DNA of 64,000 nt from an uncultured Pseudanabaenaceae cyanobacterium. Its GTDB lineage: Bacteria; Cyanobacteriota; Cyanobacteriia; PCC-9006; JAAUQQ01. The notes under the pieces are model-generated. The model worked only from the letters and a program-made list of their open reading frames with translations, did no database searches and was not told where the DNA came from. The translations under genes were made by a program, and so were the position numbers. The number at the start of each line of letters is the position of its first letter. Within the stretch, counting starts at the first letter, position 1. Where the stretch lies: NCBI GenBank assembly GCA_937949725.1, contig CALECT010000054.1, positions 19,213 through 83,212 on the forward strand. The letters run 5' to 3'. Of the stretch, positions 58,178 through 64,000 are shown piece by piece.

Positions 58178-58382
58178 CCTCCACCAGACCCTAGCAGTCA
58201 AGGTTATTTGGCGTGAACTTATTCGCCCATCGCATCGTCAAATTTACAGAGCTTTCAGGAATTTCCCTCCCAGAATGGGTTGTTTATCCTGGGGACGTTC
58301 CCACGACTGGCTTGCAGTCTAGGGCGAACAGGCATTACCGCGATTCCCGAGACCAACAGCTAATCCTATTCACAGCTAACCC

Positions 58383-60035
58383 ATGAGTTTTATTCGTAAG
58401 AGCGCGATCGCCCTGGTTGGAGCTACCGCGATCGCGGGTGGTGCCGGAGCCTATGTTTATTTCAACGGTCTACCCGGTGGCGGTGGCGGCGAAGGACTCT
58501 ATGGCAGTGCCGAGATTATTCCCGATGACGCCATGGCGGCTGTGGCCCTGACCAATAATGCTGAGGCCTGGAAGAACCTCGGTAACTTTGGCAGTGCGGC
58601 GACCCAAGCCCAGGCAGATGAGACTCTGCAAGACTTCAAACAATCTTTTTTAGATGACACGGGCCTGTCCCTGGACGATGACATTCTGCCCTTGCTAGAT
58701 GGCGTGGTTGTGGCGCTGTTGCCTCCCACCAGCGTTGAATCTGCTGATGCGCCGGAAATGCTGGCGGTGATTAGCACTAACAATCCCCTCAAGGCGTTGC
58801 AGCTACTGACTAAGGCTAGGGATGGCGGTGAAGTCCAGATTGAAACCAGCGAGCACCAGGGCGTAACGCTGTCTGAAATTACGCCTCCCGAAGGTGGCAA
58901 GCTTTACAGCGCCGTGCTCAAGCAGCGCCTGGTCATTGCCCCGACCCGCCGACCTGTGGAAATGGCGATTGAAACCAGCAGGGGCGACGACTCCTTGGCA
59001 GATCTTCCCCAGGCAGCCCAGGCTCTTAAAGGCAGCGATGATTCGGTGGTGCGTCTCTACATCCCTGACTACGGCGATCTGCTCACCAATGTCATCGCTC
59101 TCTCTCCCGATGCACCTCCACTCCCTCCAGAAACCCTGGAGCAGTTGGGCAAGATCGACAGCATCGTCGCAGGCCTGAGCATCGAAGCGGAAGGTCTACG
59201 CCTTAAAGCGACCAGCGAACTTGACCCCTCCCTGCGCCCCGCAGATTACAAAGCAGGCCAAGGTGATGCAGTGGATCGTTTCCCTGCCAACACTGTTGCC
59301 TTCTTCAACGGCCAAGGCATCAGTCAGTCCTGGGACAAGATGCTGGAGCAATCCGAAGCTATACCCGAAAGCGCGCAGGTTTTTGAGCTGATGCGTAATG
59401 CTTCCCAGCAGATTGATGTGGACTTGGATGAGGATGTCTTTAGCTGGATGACGGGCGAGTTTGCCTTTGGGATCGTGCCGGTTGAGGAAGGTCTTGTTGG
59501 TCAGTTGGGCATGGGCGCGGTGTTTGTGATGGACAGCGGCGATCGCCCCGCCACGGAAGCGCTGTTTACCAAGCTGGACAAGCTGGCCGCAGGCAATCAG
59601 GTCAAAGTGGATGAAAAGAGCGTGGGCAAGCAATCCATCACTGCTTGGGGTGCCCCCATTCCCGGTAACGATGAAACCGTTGTCGGTCGTGGTTGGCTGG
59701 ATGAGGATTCCATGTTCCTCGCCACGGGCGATAGTTTGGTGGCCAACATGAGTGAGCCCCCTGCTGAGAATCTGCCCAGCAATCCCGTTTTCCAGAACAT
59801 CATGGCGGAGTTGCCTAAGAATGGAATGGGCTATGGGTTTGTCAATGTAGAGCAGGCGTTAGCATTGGCATTGAACTCTCCCATGCGTAGCCAAGTGGAC
59901 CCTCAAGTTACGGAGTTGTTGCGCATGGTGGAAGGCGTGGGCATGACCTCTAGCTGGGAGAAGGCGGAGACTTCTGAGGTGGAGTTCTTTGTTTCGCTCA
60001 AGTCTGAAGAGGAGCTAGAAGCCGCTGCAAAGTAA
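58383..60035 (+). CDS. Conserved cyanobacterial membrane-anchored protein (probably DUF3352)
   Basis: 550 aa. N-terminal anchor AIALVGATAIAGGAGAYVYF followed by a large acidic soluble domain. The family call is from memory. Confidence 0.7.
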   Translation: MSFIRKSAIALVGATAIAGGAGAYVYFNGLPGGGGGEGLYGSAEIIPDDAMAAVALTNNAEAWKNLGNFGSAATQAQADETLQDFKQSFLDDTGLSLDDDILPLLDGVVVALLPPTSVESADAPEMLAVISTNNPLKALQLLTKARDGGEVQIETSEHQGVTLSEITPPEGGKLYSAVLKQRLVIAPTRRPVEMAIETSRGDDSLADLPQAAQALKGSDDSVVRLYIPDYGDLLTNVIALSPDAPPLPPETLEQLGKIDSIVAGLSIEAEGLRLKATSELDPSLRPADYKAGQGDAVDRFPANTVAFFNGQGISQSWDKMLEQSEAIPESAQVFELMRNASQQIDVDLDEDVFSWMTGEFAFGIVPVEEGLVGQLGMGAVFVMDSGDRPATEALFTKLDKLAAGNQVKVDEKSVGKQSITAWGAPIPGNDETVVGRGWLDEDSMFLATGDSLVANMSEPPAENLPSNPVFQNIMAELPKNGMGYGFVNVEQALALALNSPMRSQVDPQVTELLRMVEGVGMTSSWEKAETSEVEFFVSLKSEEELEAAAK

Positions 60036-60052
60036 ATCGGGCAAAAGACGCC

Positions 60053-60099
60053 TAGACCAAGACACCCAGTGTTTTAGAAACACTGGGTGTCTTGGTCTA
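60053..60099. repeat. Perfect 21-bp inverted repeat (very stable hairpin)
   Basis: TAGACCAAGACACCCAGTGTT (60053-60073), 5-nt loop, AACACTGGGTGTCTTGGTCTA (60079-60099). It lies 18 nt after the preceding stop, and no U-run follows. Confidence 0.9.
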
Positions 60100-60185
60100 A
60101 TTAGAGTGAATCTCAGACCATGAAGGCATAAGTGCTATCGGTCGAACTCAGGTGATTCGCAATTTCTACTTGAGTAATATTTTCG

Positions 60186-60366
60186 TCACTTGCTCGCGTT
60201 GACAGCATTGGCTCTGATGCCCTTTAGCTGCTTTTGTTTGGGGGCAATGACGGTGTAGCTAACGTTGAGGGTGTCGCCTTCTTTTACATCGATGTTGACG
60301 TGGAAGGGGACTAAGGCTGGCGCAGGCGGTTAGCAGGCTGAGCTGGCGAAAGGAGAGGCGTGGCAT
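60186..60366 (-). pseudogene. Possible frameshifted small lipoprotein gene
   Basis: The minus-strand ATG at 60366 gives MPRLSFRQLSLLTACASL (lipobox-like LTAC). The plausible continuation ...PFHVNIDVKEGDTLNVSYTVIAPKQKQLKGIRANAVNASK* is in the +1 frame. The total span is 181 nt, which is not a multiple of 3. Confidence 0.25.
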
Positions 60367-60777
60367 GGTTCGCTGGTTTACCCGGAGTGTTTAGATTTAG
60401 GGTGTCCTAGTTAGCCTTAGGAAAAATTCTCTGAAGGAAGTTCTAGGAATGCTGCTTTAGTTCCGGCTTTGTTGGGTCTACATTCGTTTGAAGCCAATTT
60501 CTAAAGCAGTTGAAAATATTGATACTTCAGGATTTTTCACGTATTTCTGATGATTGTTCCAATTTTGATCGTATTAAATAACACGGTGGTTTAGCTCTGG
60601 ATAATCAGATTTATTCCTGTTGACTACTATTTTTCTGGCAATAGTACGGGGTAGCTGATGTTTAGAACAATAGTTGTTAAATGGTCTCCTAAGAAACTCT
60701 TTTAGTTAGACATATTGGACTAAGCTTTTTAGCAAAGATTCAGGCATTAGCCTTCCACTTCGGCGTGAAGCATCATA

Positions 60778-63042
60778 ATGAATACAGTCTCCAAAGGGCA
60801 GGAGAAGCAAGTACTTTCATCGGATGGTGAAGTATCCTTTTTACCCCTTTCCTTGCTGTCCACAAGTCGTAGAGAGTTCTACGATGGTAAGCATAGAAAG
60901 CCTGGTGAGCGATCGCTTCAGCTCACGGTAAAAGCCGGCCTAAGTGATGAATTGACAGAACTACCAGCTGACCTGATTGGTTCAATGTTTATGATTGCAC
61001 CAGCGGGCTTAGTAGACTCTCCCAAAGTGGAGGGAACTGATACTATTTTGCCCACTCAAGATGGTTGGACGCATCTATTAAACGGTGATGGGATGGTGTA
61101 TAGAGTTGACTTTGGACAGCCAAAGCCAAAGTTTTCATGTCGACTGATGAGCAATGTTTCTTACTATGCCGATAAAATTACTCATCAAAAATACCCAGTC
61201 CTGAAATTTGTTACCTTTGGGATTGCGCGCTTGTCAAACTATATTGGAGCAAGCAATCAGTCAAATACTGCTTTTCTAAAATTTTCTGATGAGTCAAATA
61301 ATTCAAATCGACTATTGGTTACTTCTGATGTGGAGAGGCCTATTGAAATTAATCCAAGTTCACTACGCATAATTGCTCCTGTTGGTTTAAATCGAGAATG
61401 GGAAGCCCCGCTAAAAATTGCTTCTAAAAACAAACCAATTCAAAGTATTCTGACCACTGCTCATTTAGTGACTGAACCTGATTCCAATAATATTATTACC
61501 ATTAACGTTGTGAAATCTTTATGGAAATTAGTCACAACATCATTACTGAAAGCATTGTCTTCTAATGGATCTCGAATGAGGTCCTTGAAGTTCTTTTCTA
61601 AAATCTTGTTTTTGTTATTCAAAATTGCTGATCCATTTGTTTCATGGCTACTTAAAGTACTAGATATAGATTCATCTGAAAAACTTTACCTATTACGATG
61701 GAATAGTGAGACTGATGATGTGGAACGATGGGAGGTCTTACTATCAAATGGTTGTTCAATTCCTATTGAACAAACAGTGCATCAAATGGGGATTACAGAA
61801 GACTATATAGTCTTTGCGGATACAGCTTTTAAAGTCGCATTTTCATCGACTTTACCTGGTCCAGATGCTTCTCAGGAAATGGAAGAATCTCAACAAAATT
61901 TTTTCTCTTGGCTGCGTTTGCATCGAAAATACCTGAATTTTCCACTTCGGCAAGATACTGCTTTATATATTGTTAGTAGAAAACAGTTTGACGAAATTAA
62001 ACCTGGTGGCACTTTAGTAGCTCAGAAAGTGCTCTTATTAGATGCAGCTATAGTTCATTATCAAGTAGATTATCGAAACCCAGATGGGAATATACATCTT
62101 CATGCTGCCTTAAATCAAGCAACAGATTTCTCTGAATTTTTGCATTCAAAGGATTCTTGTGTATTTAAAGACTCTGAGACTTTAACTCGTGCTTCTAGGA
62201 TGGCAGGTATGTTCTCTGGTGGAATGAAAGTCAATCGACCTAAAACATATGTTATTGATGTTGATTTGGGAAAAGTAATTCATGAGACAAGCATCTCGCT
62301 TGATGATGCTTACAAATATACATTCTCTCTGGGAGCCGCTGCATTTAAAGACGATACCCCAACTCAGCAGTATAAGGATATTTATTGGAGTAACGTTGGG
62401 GCTTGGCCTGAAATCATACTAGAAGATCTGGCTGATCTATATAAATCTCCAAAAGAAAAAGAGACAAGAGAATTTAAGAGATTCTTAACCCAGATGCAAT
62501 CCGGAGTACCAACCTCTATTTGCCGTATACATATTGATCAATCTCAAGAGTATCCCGCTATATCAGTAGCTGATTCTTATCAATTTCCTGTTGCAAACAA
62601 AATCGCTTACTACGGTAATTCACCCCAGTTTGTCCCTAGACCTAATACAACTCAATCCACTGATGGTTATATTGTTTGCTCTGTAAACTATTCTGATCAA
62701 GCTTGTTCTGCCTCTGAAGACCATGAGAATTTTAGAAATTCATGGTCTAGAAATAGTGAGATTTGGATTTTTGATGCTGAAAAACTAAATCAGGGACCTC
62801 TCTATCGTTTAAGCCATGCCCAATTAAATTTTGGTATGACTATACATACTACTTGGCTTAAGAAGATTGTGTCTCCAATTAAACAACGAAAATATGATGT
62901 GAGTAAAGACTTTGAACATCTCGTAGCTTCTGCTATGGAATCTCACTCTACAAATAATCCCTATGAAGCTAAGCTAATTAGTCAGCTATTTCAGGAGATT
63001 TATGCCGAGATAGAAAAAGAACAGGGTGAAGCTAATTCTTGA
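60778..63042 (+). CDS. Oversized divergent carotenoid-oxygenase (RPE65/CCD) superfamily protein, paralogue 1
   Basis: 754 aa. CCD-like landmarks LNGDGMVYRVDF, NTAFLKF...RLLVTSDVERPIEINPSSLRIIAPVG, TAH229LVTEPD, VH335QMGITEDYIVFAD, IVH427YQVDY, DGYIVCSV...EIWIFDAEKLNQGPLYRL...GMTIH690TTW. Confidence 0.8.
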   Translation: MNTVSKGQEKQVLSSDGEVSFLPLSLLSTSRREFYDGKHRKPGERSLQLTVKAGLSDELTELPADLIGSMFMIAPAGLVDSPKVEGTDTILPTQDGWTHLLNGDGMVYRVDFGQPKPKFSCRLMSNVSYYADKITHQKYPVLKFVTFGIARLSNYIGASNQSNTAFLKFSDESNNSNRLLVTSDVERPIEINPSSLRIIAPVGLNREWEAPLKIASKNKPIQSILTTAHLVTEPDSNNIITINVVKSLWKLVTTSLLKALSSNGSRMRSLKFFSKILFLLFKIADPFVSWLLKVLDIDSSEKLYLLRWNSETDDVERWEVLLSNGCSIPIEQTVHQMGITEDYIVFADTAFKVAFSSTLPGPDASQEMEESQQNFFSWLRLHRKYLNFPLRQDTALYIVSRKQFDEIKPGGTLVAQKVLLLDAAIVHYQVDYRNPDGNIHLHAALNQATDFSEFLHSKDSCVFKDSETLTRASRMAGMFSGGMKVNRPKTYVIDVDLGKVIHETSISLDDAYKYTFSLGAAAFKDDTPTQQYKDIYWSNVGAWPEIILEDLADLYKSPKEKETREFKRFLTQMQSGVPTSICRIHIDQSQEYPAISVADSYQFPVANKIAYYGNSPQFVPRPNTTQSTDGYIVCSVNYSDQACSASEDHENFRNSWSRNSEIWIFDAEKLNQGPLYRLSHAQLNFGMTIHTTWLKKIVSPIKQRKYDVSKDFEHLVASAMESHSTNNPYEAKLISQLFQEIYAEIEKEQGEANS

Positions 63043-63117
63043 TATCTCATATTGTTTGAGTAAGGTAGATAAAGGAATAGCTCAGTGACGGATGTATTTG
63101 AATTTTTCGATGTTGAT

Positions 63118-64000
63118 ATGAAGCCTATACAGCAACTTGAAATGGCCTCATTGCCTCAGTCACTTTTGTCCAATAGTCGCATCGAATATTATGATGAGCC
63201 TTCGAGAGATAGAGATCAATGCTCACTAATACTGACAATTAAATCTGGCTTGTCAGACAACTTGACGGTTCTTCCCGATGACTTACAAGGGCATTTTTTT
63301 GTTGTCGGACCTTCAGGAGCTATAGACTCAAATGTAATGACTAATTCAGATAGCATCTTGCCTGCTCAAAATGGTTGGACCTCTGTTCTAAATGGAGATG
63401 GGATGGTTTATAGAATTGACTTTTCTTCAGGTCAAGCTAGACTTTCTTCTCGACTTCTCAAGACAGTCTCATCTTATGCTGACAGCATATCCCATCAAAA
63501 GTATCCTTTACTGAAATTTTTGAGTTATGGAATAACTCGAATATCTGAATATATTGGGATCTGCGATCAGTCAAATACTGCTTTTTTACCTCTTGGACAA
63601 AAGCAAAATACTGCTGATAGCTTGTTAGTGACATGGGATATGGGAAGACCTCTGGAAATTGATCCTGTTTCCTTAAAAACAATTGGTCCTGTTGGTTCTA
63701 ATCAGCATTGGCGAGAAGTTGCAAAATTTATGTTTACTTTTCAGCCTCTTGTTCTCAAATTTATTATGTCTTCTGCTCACCCCATTTACATACCTGAAAG
63801 TGGTGACGTTTTTGCGGTAAACGTAGTTAAGTCGATTCGTGAGATTGTTGGGTTATCTCAGCTATGGGAACGAGGCTATCAGTTAGCAGTAGCAAAATTT
63901 AAGCGAATCAGGTTTTCTAAAAGAATGCTGAGGCTTGCTTTTACCTTAAGTCATTCTGTTATTGATCTTGGAATTAGATGCCTTAAAATGCTCAAATTCC
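63118..64000 (+). CDS. Carotenoid-oxygenase superfamily protein, paralogue 2 (truncated by the window end)
   Basis: This ORF is not in the track because it is open-ended. My translation from the ATG at 63118 runs without a stop to 64000: MKPIQQLEMASLPQSLLSNSRIEYYDE...LNGDGMVYRIDF...NTAFLPL...LLVTWDMGRPLEIDPVSLKTIGPVG...SSAHPIYIPESG... It is about half identical by eye to paralogue 1. An in-frame GTG at 63085 is an alternative start. Confidence 0.75.
   Translation, partial: MKPIQQLEMASLPQSLLSNSRIEYYDEPSRDRDQCSLILTIKSGLSDNLTVLPDDLQGHFFVVGPSGAIDSNVMTNSDSILPAQNGWTSVLNGDGMVYRIDFSSGQARLSSRLLKTVSSYADSISHQKYPLLKFLSYGITRISEYIGICDQSNTAFLPLGQKQNTADSLLVTWDMGRPLEIDPVSLKTIGPVGSNQHWREVAKFMFTFQPLVLKFIMSSAHPIYIPESGDVFAVNVVKSIREIVGLSQLWERGYQLAVAKFKRIRFSKRMLRLAFTLSHSVIDLGIRCLKMLKF

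Larger units (their letters stand above)
60420..64000. other. Low-GC, HIP1-poor island (candidate horizontally acquired region), open at the right window edge
   Basis: Hand-counted sample lines give roughly 35-42% GC here, against roughly 50-63% in the core lines I sampled. I found only one GCGATCGC (60909-60916) in 3.6 kb, whereas the motif recurs throughout the first 60 kb. Confidence 0.6.

Noticed and set aside
60420-64000. Calling the low-GC region a mobile element or integrative island
   Set aside because: No integrase, transposase, tRNA target or flanking direct repeats are visible in the part inside the window. Only the compositional and HIP1 evidence is available, so it is reported as 'other'.

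Overview
This 64 kb window is a cyanobacterial chromosome segment. The HIP1 octamer GCGATCGC occurs inside or next to most genes, and the gene content is typical: ctaCDE/ctaAB cytochrome oxidase, a Tax/Pix/Pil-type chemosensory operon, and probable DUF1997/DUF3386/DUF3352 families. I support about 50 protein-coding genes and found no rRNA, tRNA, CRISPR array, transposase or integrase.

Housekeeping genes:
- moaA, rpsD, murE, a class I-beta DAHP synthase, ilvB, an EF-G paralogue
- frmA and frmB (formaldehyde detoxification)
- ctaC-ctaD-ctaE, divergent from ctaA-ctaB

Accessory-looking parts:
1. A co-directional trio at 28.6-35.9 kb: an extended SDR, a 1148-aa ChoD-like GMC oxidoreductase fused to an alpha/beta hydrolase with a Cys nucleophile elbow, and a YihQ-like GH31 glycosidase.
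2. phnD and phnC separated by an opposite-strand secreted LRR protein, flanked by a Pepco/trypco-like orphan and a membrane NERD protein.
3. A complete chemosensory operon at 48.4-58.2 kb: PatA-type regulator, CheY, CheW, a soluble triple-GAF MCP, hybrid CheA and a second CheW-like gene.
4. A low-GC, HIP1-poor island from about 60.4 kb to the window end, carrying two tandem, oversized, divergent carotenoid-oxygenase (RPE65/CCD) superfamily paralogues.

The most interesting non-genic signal lies upstream of the DAHP synthase. An 18-codon ORF with the codon run Tyr-Asn-Phe-Phe-Trp-Phe overlaps an antiterminator helix that excludes a strong intrinsic terminator, which looks like a leader-peptide attenuator.

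All calls rest on by-eye motif recognition and manual folding. No database search or computation was run.
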